A DNA stretch of 64,000 nucleotides, taken from assembly GCA_028534125.1 (NCBI GenBank), contig CM052816.1, positions 45,944,001-46,008,000 on the forward strand, given 5' to 3'. This DNA comes from Lama glama. Taxonomy: Eukaryota. Position numbers and translations under genes: made by a program. Under the pieces are notes generated by a model. The model was not told the DNA's origin and did no database searches. It saw only the letters and a program-made list of their open reading frames with translations. Below are positions 52,330 to 64,000 of the stretch, one piece after another; the stretch's first letter is position 1, and each line of letters begins with the position of its first letter.

Positions 52330-53690
52330 AATTCTATGAACTATGTGATAGAACAATACAATGCTTGAGGATTTTGCAGAATCATATCAAAAATATAAGC
52401 AAAATTTAGAAATTTTCTTACAATATGAAAAGGAAAGGAGTAACAATATAGAAACAATAAAAGGAACTAAAGAAGACTTGGAAGACAGAATGTAATGTCC
52501 AATATATTTTTTTAAGAAAAGAAAGCAAGTCTTTTCCACAGAGAGTAGGTTATTGTTATGGAGAAAAATTTTGGCTTATTTCACAGTAATCATTCTTCCT
52601 CTCCCCCTGCCAGAGACATGAAGGGACTTTATACATGTATATTTGGAGATTGATAATTATGACATTTAAAATCAGAAAGGATATAGTTCAGTTAATTGTG
52701 CTGGATGTTTATTTGAGCAATAATAGAATTAGATGCATATTTTCCACAGTATGTCATAATAAATTCCAGATGAACACATTTCATATAAAAATTAAAATCT
52801 TAAAATAACAAATATTGGTGGTATTTATCTGATTTCTGAGGAAAGGAATTCCTTACTTATAGGAATTTAATCAAAGGAAGAACTCACAATCAAAAACAAT
52901 TCATCACCCATTAAAAAAGATTGAAAACTTAATTAACTTGAAAACAAACATTTTCAATAAACTGAGAAATATATTTCCAATACATATGATAGATGAATGA
53001 GTACAAACTCTGAAAAAGACAAACCTCCTCTCATCCTCCTAGAAACCCCACTACTTCCTAAAAAGTGAAGAAAGCGTATGAATAAATAATTCATCCTCCA
53101 AAAAAGAAAACAGAAATGTCTGATATGTATATTAAACATTTTTCAACCTGTCCCAATCATTCTTATCTTTGGAGCGTACTCTTAGGAAGTACCAGAGTTG
53201 TTTGTAATGAGACATGTACAAGGATTTTTTTTTTTTTACCATGGATTTCGATGGTTCTTTTTCTCAGTCACCACAGATGAGGTTAATGTTAACATGTACA
53301 AAAATTTCACATACTAATATTTAATGAGGTTGTTGTATGCATAAAATAGACTGCAGGATTTGCACACTTTCTGGCACAAAAGAATGGGAATACCATTTTG
53401 CTCCAAATCAGTGAATGATGACACAGTGATTGAAAATTTTGATATAAGTAAACAGGAACTTGGTTAAATAAGCTTTAATAGAAAATTAGGTAGTCACTTA
53501 ATTATGTTTAGTAATACTGCTGTTAAATAAATTGTATGTTGAGGGGAACAAATAACAAAGATAAACAGAATGATCTCAGTTTTCTCAGAAGCAGAATTCA
53601 CTCACAAATATATTTCTGGTAAATAAGCCAAGAAAATTAATGTTAATTCTCTCATGGTGGTGCTGTGATTATAAGCAATCATCTCACACT
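52330..53690 (+). mobile_element. Old L1ME-like ORF2/3' UTR fragments
   Basis: Highly decayed ORF2-like motifs ('gttcagttaattgtgctgga', 'taaattccagatgaac'). Confidence 0.5.
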
Positions 53691-55136
53691 TTCTCCCTAC
53701 TTTCCTTCTTTCCTTCCTTCTTTCTTTGCCTTCTCTCTTCCTCATTTCCTCAGTTTTCTCTCTTTGTCTCTCTTGCTCTCCCGTAGTTTCCAAAAGTTTT
53801 TCACTAAGTATGTATTACTTGTGTTAGCAGAAACATAGTGAAATGTTACCTAAAAATGCCAGCAGTTGTCCAGGTCGTTTTTTTTTTCCACCTCAGAAAA
53901 GCTGTTTTGCTGCTTAATACATCCTTGTTGTTTCTCTTCCTGGTCTGGTTTCTTTTCAGGGTCCTTGTGATTTTAGGTTAGATCTCCGCCTCCCTTTTTT
54001 TTTTGACTTAATGTTTTTCATCCTCTCCCTTGGCCTTTGGGAGAGCTTCACCTTTGTCCTCTGCATTATTGATTTGATTTCAATATTATCCACTTTTCCA
54101 TTAATAGCCTATAAGAGGATTTTAAAGAAATGCTATTTTATGATTGTCTTCTTTTTCTTTCAGTCTTTCAGTGTTCCAGGTAACATACAAATTAAAATTA
54201 ATAAAAATGAAAATCAACCCTAATTCTTTTTTTTTCCTGAAGAATTTTGTTTTCTAAATTTCAGCATATGGTTTGCTTGTAGTGGTATCTCCTTAGCATT
54301 CTGTTATGGATACCAAGTTGCTGGTTTTTAAAAAATTTCCTGGTTTTATAACAAATATGTTTTATAAATGTGGTTTCAAGGATGATATTCCTTTTTAAAT
54401 TTTTTATAATATTCTTCTTAAATTCATAATTAGTTTCTGTTTATCTGTTTGTTCTTATCTGAAATAAATCTCTTCAGATCTAATATCTGCAAAGATCTCA
54501 TTGCCCTGGACTTCACCTGCCATCCACTCAGGTACTGACCACATGCTCCCTTCAGTTTTGAAGTTCTAAGGGGATCTGATGGTTCAGTCAGTGGATAGCA
54601 AGCTCTCTTCTGGTGCGGGTCTGTTAGACTGAAGTGAGAATCTTCTCCTATTTCCATTGCTTGGTTCTTGCGCATTTCTGGTCAACTCAATATAAAATAG
54701 ACTAAAATTTCCACAAAAATTTCCCTTGGGGCTCTCAATATGTTCTTGCCTCTCAGGGTGTCAAACTCCATTTTCGAGGCCCATTTTCTTAATGCCTGAT
54801 TGTGTTATCAGAGTCTAGCCACTAAATGAAAGTATATGAAGGATTCTTAGGAATATCCTGTCTTAGGAGAGACATCTTTTATTAGAGAAATGAAAGTCTA
54901 ATTTTCAGGTTAAAATTCTCTTGAACTTCAGAGTTAAGAACTAGACTGTGTGGGATGAAGGAAAGGTTTTACAACCTATTTCAATTGGCCAACTTTCCTC
55001 TGTTTTCAGCAGCTAAACATACATAGCTCCCTGAACTAACTCATTTATAAACCGTCTCCAACTAACTTTTTTTTAATGCAGATTCCTTCAAGAATCTGCT
55101 AATAGATTGACCACAGGACTTCTTTCTCTCTCAAAT

Positions 55137-55140
<4 letters not shown>

Positions 55141-55169
<29 letters not shown>
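55141..55169. repeat. (AC)14 microsatellite
   Basis: Uninterrupted AC run. Confidence 0.95.
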
Positions 55170-55170
<1 letters not shown>

Positions 55171-56829
55171 TTTTAATCTCAAGTTTTAAAATTTATTTTA
55201 TAGATATTTTTAATACCTTTGAGAGTTTAGAGAAGCTGCATCATGGGTATTGAAACCTTTTAAACAGGAATTCTAAGGGCATGAATTTAAATGATGTTTT
55301 AATTGTTGAAATGTCACCAAAAATGAGAGAATTGAAGAATTTTCTTTGAAACAAATCAATTTGTCATATTTCTCTCCTTTTATTTTTGTCAAGTTTTATA
55401 TGATTTCCAAGTTAGATTTACTTTCCTTTTTTCTTGAATTTTTGAAGTTTGATATTTCTGTATTCATAACTCTGTAACCCTCCCATCCCCTTTTAACTCA
55501 TCTGATAGGTCTACTAGAAATTCAGTCAGACCTTTCTTGTTTATTTTTAGCACAAATATTGGTAATACTCAGTAAGCAAATGGTAAAAATCATGTGCCTT
55601 AACAATATTAGACAGAGTTTAGATTTTTTTTTCCTCTTCTCTTTGCCTCACCTTGAGTCTCCTTCCCTTTCCTCTGCTGTCCTCCCTCATCACTCTTTTT
55701 CCATCTGGGTGCTAACCTCCATATTTTATCCTGGTGTTTCCAAACATTCAGTTTCAAAATCAAAGAATATTTTTCTATTTCAGTTTAAATAGACCTTCTT
55801 TAACCACTGCATCCTTGATTGCAAAGTGCTAGATATCTTTCCATTGCAGGTTGGACCAAAAATAAGAGAAATTAGAACACTTTGAATATCCTTGCCTTCA
55901 CGTACATGCACAGTAGCTTCTATTTATACTGAGTTGAGAGAAAAGAGACCTGGAGTGAGTGGGGGTCAGCCAGATGTGAAACAGCCACAGACATTCTACT
56001 TATTTTCTGCTCTCATATCCTACAGGCCCTAATTGCCTTAATGAATTGTGTCAGTCACCACATGCCCAACTGACAGTGTACACCAACAGCACCACATGCC
56101 ACATTCAGTAAAATCCTGTAGGAGGTAAAATAAGTGGGGGTAGAAGGGGTTATATTCATGAAAGCCTAGCAATTTCTTATCATTTCTTGAGTCAATAGAC
56201 AAGCCAATCAGAGAGACATGATCAGCATTTGCTTCTCTTAATATCTATTCTGTCATCCTTCTTTTAGTAACCTGGGGGAGAGTTAATCTATACAGGGATC
56301 AAGACAGAATTTAACTACTACATGATCATACATCTTGGAAAATGTCAACAATATCATGCCCCTTGAGAATTATAACAATGCAGATTAAGACCATCTCCAT
56401 TTCTAACAGTTCAGCAGATAACGTAGTAAAAGAAGAAAGTCCTATTTAATTTAGTCTTAAAATTTATTTTAAATTCTGGAAAGAACTGCAATTTTAAGTT
56501 TAGCCTTGTAGAGAATTGACTTGACACCTGTAAAGTATCCTTGGGTATTTCACAAGTCCTGGGAAGGGGTCCCACATTCCTCCAAGTGTATTTGTTGGGT
56601 GACAGATATATAGCTTAATTTATTGTATCCAGCTTAAAAAATTCTTAGATCCATAAGAATAGCAGTCATGCAAAATTAACTCTTTGAAATAAACAGTTTG
56701 AAATAATGCTCACACACTTCTTTGGTCCATTTTCTCCTAAATTTGCATGTTTGTGTTGATTTCAATCAGTTGACCACAGAGCAAAATTCTGTGTATGTAT
56801 TATATGCAGTTGTGATTCAGAAATCATAT

Positions 56830-56918
56830 TATATATACACATAAACACACAGATACAGACAAACGAAGACACAAAGGCAGACACACACACACGCAGGCGC
56901 ATGCACGCGCACACACAC
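56830..56918. repeat. Degenerate (CA)n simple repeat
   Basis: Interrupted CA/CG alternating tract. Confidence 0.75.
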
Positions 56919-57111
56919 TCCCATACTTAGAAGGCCACGTAGTTCATGTGTTCCAGTACTACAAAAGGACTTACTCATGTATGATGTTAGAAGAAAATTC
57001 ACTGCTTTAGTAGGGACTAACAATCATATTTAAATAATGCTTCTTGTAGCTTGCTTAAATCCTGTTTATATTTCCTCTTGGTTTATTTAGAGAGGGAAAT
57101 GAAAATGATTG

Positions 57112-57316
57112 GTCTATAGATCAGGTTCTATAAAAGCAGAGCCTAAGAAGAGGATCCAAGCTGCACCTGATTTTAGATGTGCCGTGTGCTGAATGGGAGG
57201 AGTGGGAAGGCACCTCCTTGGTGAGGAACCATTAGTAGCCAACACTCACAGCACCTGGCAATAGGGGTACCTGCCCCTAAATGAATCTCAGTGGAATAGT
57301 GACAGTATCCACTAAA
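57112..57316 (-). mobile_element. LTR16-like LTR with internal deletion
   Basis: 'caggttctataaaagcagagcctaaga' and 'gacagtatccacta' match the two antisense LTR16 ends. Confidence 0.55.
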
Positions 57317-58144
57317 ATTGTATACAGTCTTCATTGAAACAATCAGACACATTTTAGTATGATTAATACTTTCCTTTCCTCAGCCATTCTTATTTTACTT
57401 AAAATTCTATTTTTATTAATATTTTATCATTCCTAAAAATATTTGCCTTTCTTAAGCTTTGTTTTCACAGATTACTAGAGAGTAATACTGAAATTAGTAT
57501 AAAAGAACATGACCAGAAAGTCCCAACTATTCCATGACTGCTCTAGACAGCTAGTGTCATTCTTCACTCTTCACTAAAGCATTATATTAGTAGCTCATAA
57601 TTTGGTCAGATGGTTATTATACTGATAATATATGATAACATTTACTGTTATATGACCTGGAACTCATTTACTATTATGTTACTTGGAATTCATTAAGAAT
57701 TGATATCTTTGTGGAGGATATTTATATTAATGTTTTAGGATGGAATTAATTTGTCATTTTAGAAATCTTGAAAAGAACTTTGAAAGATTTGATAAATTTA
57801 TGAATTCACTTAAGTTGCTTTAATTCTAAATATTATAAGACCCTTTTACTGGAAAAATTCAAGTCTTACACTATTATTTCAGTGGACTTTGGATCTGGAT
57901 TCATGAATGCATTTTGAGTACTATAATTTAGTAAATTATTATTTCTTGGAATAACTCCTTTATAAATTGTATCTTGTTATTGCAGCTTCATGAACCCATA
58001 TAGCAATTTAACTGTCATGGGTAGGGTAGATGATGTTTTAAAATTAAGGTAATTGGCACTCAACATAAATAAAAATACGGATTTTTGCACCAAATTCCTG
58101 TTTTATTAAGCAATGAAAATAATCACATAGGTATAATAATAGAA

Positions 58145-58385
58145 AAAATTAATAATACCAAAAATTACATAAAATATACACCAAGCAATGTTCTGAATCC
58201 TTTCAACATATGAACATATTTAACTCTCACAACAACCCTATGAAGTATGCCTGGTGTATACCTCTAATTTACATTGAGAAAACTGATTCACATAGTGATT
58301 AAGTGGCTTGCCTGAGGTCTCATAGCAAGTATGAGATAGAGCCACAATGCACACCCAGTCTGACTGAGTGCTTGGCCACCTCTGT
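58145..58385 (-). mobile_element. MIR (near full length)
   Basis: 'tttaactctcacaacaaccctatgaagt...gagaaaactga...ttaagtggcttgcctgaggtctcatagc'. Confidence 0.85.
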
Positions 58386-59604
58386 AACAAAAGCGTTCTA
58401 AGGAGTAATCTTACTCTTCATTCTCAAGTGACAATCAGCATATACATGAGGAGTAGCTAGTACTGATCTTCAACACATGCATTGGAAATTATCAGCAAAG
58501 AGTTATCCTTCTAACTAAACTAGGACCATTAGCTTAAAACTGCTAGGATGCTGTGATGATATCACAGAGATAAGTCTTAGTCTTTCCTACCTGCCTCCTT
58601 CCATCTCTTACTCCCTACCTCCTCTGTCCTCTCCTCCCTTTCTCTCTCCCCCTGTTTTTCTTTACTAAGTATAATAAACTATTTAAAAAGAAAATTAACT
58701 GTTTAAGGAATTGAAAAGGGGTCTAAAATTCTGAAAAGCAGAAAAGTAGGGCAAGAAATTCAATAATATGCTTATGAAAATAGTATAGCTGTTAACTATT
58801 TCATAAATATCAATTTAAGTGTTATATACTTAAAATATAAATATCTTCTGTATACCTTTTCATTTTGTTTTCTAGACCCTGAGTGATGCTGAAGTTTCAC
58901 TGAGGAGTTATAGTGAAGTCTTTATCTTACTGATGGCTAGACTAGAATTTTGTAGTTTAATTTATTAATGTAGTTTTTAGATGTTGAAAACATCATGTGT
59001 TCTAAAGTAGTACTAATAGTTGATATGTTGGGGAAAATCTGTACACCTTACCATGTTACTGACCTAAATTTTATTTTGGAATCTTTTGACAGTTCTCCTA
59101 GAATGAGGGGGAAAAATGTGTATTTGTAATTCTTAGCAGTAAAAAATGGTTGCAATTGTTTTCTTTACTTACATATTTTTTCTTTTCTGAGGTTTTCGCT
59201 TCCGTTATAAAGTGAAGAAACTTCTTTTTAGAAAGTTAAGAATCTTTTGGTGTTTAAGTCTCTCTTTGGAAAGGGAAATTAGCAGCTGTAGAGTTTTATT
59301 CAGACTTGTTCTGATTGTATATCTAGAAATTCAGTCCTACCTTAACTGTTTAATTAAAGATCGGAAGAAAATATTTAAGCAGGTGTTAATCAAGTCTTTA
59401 AAAAAATATTGCATACCCCAGCCTTTCCAGGTGCAGTTCAAATTTTTTCCACCTACAAAATAAAGCAGAAACTAGATAGAGAGATAAAGTCTATTTTGAG
59501 GCCTGTAAGTTTATTTCTTAAAGTTGAGGAATCATACGATTATCACCCAGCACATAATGCTGGTTCTTTTTAAAGAAATAAAACATCTTAAACTTTTAAA
59601 AATA

Positions 59605-60360
59605 CGGCTTTGTAATTGAAATTGCATTATTTATAATTGATATACATTAAGCTACATATATATCAAGTGTATAGCTTGATAAATTTTGCCATATATATAT
59701 TCATGAAACCATCACTACACTCAAGATAATAAATATAACCTTTTTATTGTAAAATAAATACACAGAAAGTATACAAAACAAAGTTGTATAACTCATACAC
59801 AAAAAAATACTCAGCCACCTCTCTGGTCAAGATGTAAGACATTTCTGGTCCCAAAAGTCTCCATGTACCCCACTAATCACTGTGATATAAATCCTTCACA
59901 AATTAAATCCTGACCTAATTTTTTGATAATTTTTTGGTAATTATTTGCTTTTTTTATATTTTAGCAAAATATTCATTTGTGAACATCATAGGTGATTTGT
60001 ATCCCATTTTTGACTTTATGTAAGTGGAATGATTTAATACATATTCTTCAACATCTGGCTTATTTTGCTCAATATTATGCTTATGAAAATTAAGTAATTT
60101 TTGTACAGCTATACAAATTTATGCAAGTGATAATATGATTATTTTCCTCCTATTGTACTTTAATTGGTAAATTACAGTGGTCTATATTTGAATGCTAATC
60201 AATCTTGCATTCTTGGAATAAACCTAACTTGGTCAAGAAATGTTATATAGATAGATGATAGATAAATAAGTAAATAGATGTAAACAGCTATATAAAAAGT
60301 AGACATATTATATATTAATATATTTTATTTGTTAATCTAATGTTTAGAATTTTTATGTGA
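59605..60360 (-). mobile_element. LINE-1 3' fragments (L1MB/L1ME-like)
   Basis: 'tcaagtgtatagcttgataaattttgcca...catgaaaccatcactac' and 'atcttgcattcttggaataaacctaacttggtca'. Confidence 0.65.
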
Positions 60361-62659
60361 ATGAGCATATCTGAGCCTCAGAAAATAAGAAATTAAAAAA
60401 TACATGTTAATGGAAAAGTGTGGAAAGCTTACAGGCCCAAGGTATTTGAACTGAGAGTTTGAGCAATAATTGGCTGACCAGTAGGATGTGCTGCCATTGG
60501 GGTGGCCTCTAGGACACCAGACTTAAGATTAAAAATAGTAATTAAAAAAAGCTCGAAGAATCCTTAGTGGTGGCACGCCATGAGGGACACAGACTCGATG
60601 AAATTTTTCCATGCAAGTTACTGAACAATAAAAAGCGTGAAAAGCTCCCTGGAGTAGGGGTCAGAAACTAAGACCATGGATTGGCTTCTCCTATTTCATG
60701 CTTGTTCCAAGTTAAATGCTCTTTTTGGGAACAGCCAGTGAATTAACTCAATTTGGCAAACCATTAATTCCCACCTTCCTACTCCTTCCCTCTCATCCTT
60801 TTTTCTCTCTTAACTTTTATTACTTCATTACTTCCTTCCTTCACTTGCCATTCCTTTATTCTCAATACCTTTCTTCTTCCTTTTTTTTTTTTTGCTGAGT
60901 ACATATAGTAGTAGTCCCATAAGTTACAACGTGACTCCACAGTATTTGTATGTGTATATTTGTCTTCCATATAATGTATATGGAAGACACATATATTTGA
61001 TGCAAAAGCCAAAATGTTTATGTAACTACATGTTAACAATGGTTACCTCTACCCAGATTTTTAGTGTTTCTGTTGTCTTGTGTTTCTTTCTATGAACTCT
61101 ACGGTGCTTTCTAAAGTTTTCTGTATCAAATATGTAGCCATTCCTGTAAACCTCTTGGGGAAAACCAATAAATCCTATTTATTAGCTGAATAATTAAACT
61201 TAGTAATTAAACAAGTTAAAAAATTTAGCCAATTGAAAAAACAGAGCAGTTCAAGGATGCAGAGAAATATTAATTGGAAAAATATGTTTATAGAACTTAA
61301 ATTTTAAGATTGTTCTTGAAAAAAAGAATTGGAGAAAAAGTTCCATTTGCTGACACTTTACACACTCATCTATTTTATAATGTGAAAAAATATAGAATCA
61401 GTATTTTAAAAATATTTTTGATAAGCTCCAACTGACCTATATTATGCTAAGAACATTTTCCCCTTAATTTTTAATATCATGTGCCATTTAGTGAAAGCTA
61501 ATCCATATGTTTATGATTCCTTTAAATTAAATTATCAAAATATTGATTTTAGGAGCCACTTGATATCTAAAGAGAAATTTAAGCGTTTCAAAAAGTTAAA
61601 TTTTTTAGAAAGATTATTTTATTGAACTAATGGTAGGAAATCAAAATGTTATGAAAGATTCAGAATTATTTTTAATGTTGAACAATATATTTTTTCTATG
61701 TTAACAGAAAATATATACCCCTATTTAAAACGGGGTGAATATGTTTCTCTGGGTGAGTAAAGTTAGAGTCCCTAAGTCCCATTCCGCTTTTTAGCAACTG
61801 TATGCAAAATACATACAAAGGCTCCTTTCAGGATAGTTTACTATATGTTTTCCACTTTTGCACATACCACGTGACAAAACTTAATAGCTCTTTAATTAAT
61901 TCCCCAATAAATTTTGAAAATAAATCAAAATAATTTAAATTCAAGTTTTGTTCTGTTTGTTTCTCTAACACTTACATAAGCATGTGTCTACAAACACATT
62001 CATGTGCTTCATGAGTTTGAAAACATGCAAATCGCATGGGAAATATTTGTCACAACACTTTCAATCAATATATACCTATTCACATCTGGAAGAGTTGAAG
62101 CCTGTATAGCCTGATTCTGTTCCTGTGGAAATGAAGAGGTGTAATTTCATCAAAACTCTGTTAGCAAATCTTTGTAAAAATACATTTTGGAAATGCCAAC
62201 CACCTTAATTTTGTTTCCTAGCAGCCCATATCATGTCATAACACTCAAATATATGTCAAATGAAGTAGTTTAGTGTTTAATATTATCAGTATTAATATAG
62301 TAAACATAAATATTATTTAAACATTATTTAAATTACAATATATTTTGGTGTTTAAAATATGCCAGATAATGTGCTAAGAGCTTTATATATTTTAATTAGC
62401 CTCACAGAAAAGAAATGCTTAATTCTCTTTGCCTCTACTCTATTTTCTGAGTACAAAAAAAGTCTCCCTCCCACAGATTACTTGATTTATTTCATGAAAA
62501 TTTTCCTTCAAGTCTTCCATTTATCTAATTATTAAATGAATGCTAAAGCTTACATATCACACTTACTTATCACATATACCTCATACATACATATTGGGTT
62601 TTTTTTTATAGCCATCTTAGATTACATCATATTCCTCAAGATTTTCTTTGCATAGTGTG

Positions 62660-62880
62660 TAGGGGCATCAGCTGTAGAGTTCAGCAGTCCTGGGTTCATT
62701 TCTTGCCTTCTTCATATAGTAGGTGTGTCACCTTGTGCAAGTTAAAAAACTTCCTCAAACATTAGTTTCCTCATGAAAATAACATTTAATTGGAATAATT
62801 GCTTTCAAGATTTTAAGTAAGATAACTGCATAGCCTAGTTCCAGGCATAGAATGAGCATTTAATAAATGGCGATATTGAT
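62660..62880 (+). mobile_element. MIR
   Basis: 'cctgggttcatttcttgcc...tgtgtcaccttgtgcaagtta...agtttcctcat' with tail 'atagaatgagcatttaataaatgg'. Confidence 0.75.
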
Positions 62881-63395
62881 GTCTTAGATTGCATAAATTT
62901 ATGTTATACCCATTGTGCATATTTAATTTGGAGAGAATTTCAGAGCAAAGACTCTTAAGTCGAGTAGTGATACTACTTTCCTGGAAGGGCGTATCACAGT
63001 CCTCCTAGAGGCTATGTAAACCATCCCTCCTTCCTGTCCTACTTCTCCTTACCTAGTTCCAGATTCACTCCCTGAAGGATCATTTTCTAAAGGTTAATTT
63101 GATAAAAAATCATATTGCTCATGTTTATTTGTTTCTTTTCACTACTTTGAACACATTTACAGTGTTTTACTACATGGAGTAGTTTTGCTAACCACTGGAG
63201 TTTCCTGCAAAGTTTTATTTGAAAGTTTTTACTTTGTCTTCCTCAGTGTTTTCAGTGGTTTTAATTTGTCTCTCCTTGACTACTTGTTGCTATAACTGGA
63301 AGGAACTGAAATAAAGAAGTAGAGATTGTCTGAGAGCAGGGACTGCCATCACACAACAAATCCCAGACTGGAGGTGACAGAGATGGAGGACTTAA

Positions 63396-63536
63396 TAGAG
63401 GAATTATGTAAAATATTGTTCAAACCAGAATTCATTTGAGAGGGAAAAGGGACACTAAAATATTTAACATAGGTGATTTTGTCTACCACAAGTGAAAAAA
63501 CTGGAATGTTCTGGGCCAGGATATCTGGTCGTACTA
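63396..63536 (-). mobile_element. MER94-like hAT-Blackjack MITE within an L2 fragment
   Basis: 'ttcaaaccagaattcatttgagagggaaaagggacacta...aactggaatgttctgggc...tggtcgtacta' resembles antisense MER94. Confidence 0.6.
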
Positions 63537-64000
63537 CCTAGGGGACAGACTGGAAAGGGATTTGGGGTGACAGGTGAAGAAGGAGATTGACGTGCAGTGA
63601 AAGAGGAGATTGAAATAACAAGATGTAATAAAGGAGGCAGATCAGAGAGATGGAATAATCTGTGTCAGAAGAGTATATTCATAAGACTGTATTCAAAATA
63701 TATTCATGTGGAAGAATATATTCAAATACTTATTCAAAACTGTATTTTTATGAATATGTAATTTATTCTTCATGAAAACGTTCTTCATGAAAATATTTTC
63801 CTGATGGGTATATTTTTATGGATATATTTTTCTATCAGGGCAGAGAGAATTAAGCATTCCTTAAGATTCTGTTATGAAGACAAACTGAAAAGTGGTCAAC
63901 TAAAACTTCACCGAAATCTTGAAAAGATGGTGAAAGTATTTTTTCCAATATGGACTGTTGTACTTTACTATTTTAAGTTTAGCAGATAAAAGTACTAAGC

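Noticed and set aside
53690..53782. Polypyrimidine tract as H-DNA or a splice acceptor
   Set aside because: Degenerate low-complexity sequence at the end of an old L1; no clear mirror symmetry or exon.
58870..58945. Possible C/D-box snoRNA or exon (acceptor-like tttctag at ~58875, GTGATGC...CTGA)
   Set aside because: Box C is imperfect, the terminal stem is weak, no guide is recognisable and there is no good downstream donor.
182..63989. The many 60-134 aa ORFs in the six-frame track as protein-coding genes
   Set aside because: Short, compositionally biased, many with non-ATG starts or inside repeats; no recognisable domain other than L1 ORF2 remnants; consistent with chance.
1..64000. CRISPR arrays, operons, tRNA/rRNA genes or a novel multi-gene system
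   Set aside because: Mammalian non-coding DNA; no repeat-spacer arrays, gene clusters or structured RNA gene signatures seen.

Overview
AT-rich, CpG-depleted eutherian mammal DNA, intronic or intergenic, densely filled with fossil transposable elements: LINE-1 (L1MC/L1MA/L1ME-like, HAL1-like), L2, MIR, ERVL/MaLR LTRs (LTR16-like, MLT1, MLT2), and DNA transposon relics (MER45A-, Tigger2/MER8-, Kanga1-, MER94-like). I can support no host protein-coding gene, RNA gene, CpG island or CRISPR array. The only recognisable protein sequence is the C-terminal end of L1 ORF2p in a young 5'-truncated L1 (30547-31673) with a perfect 16-bp target-site duplication, nested in an older L1 3' UTR. The L1 3' ends look cetartiodactyl-type and I see no young lineage-specific SINE, which suggests a camelid (inference). 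I found no convincing undescribed biological system; the findings are local structural oddities and candidate regulatory elements. Repeat subfamily names come from recalled consensus similarity, need RepeatMasker/Dfam confirmation, and boundaries without a TSD are approximate.
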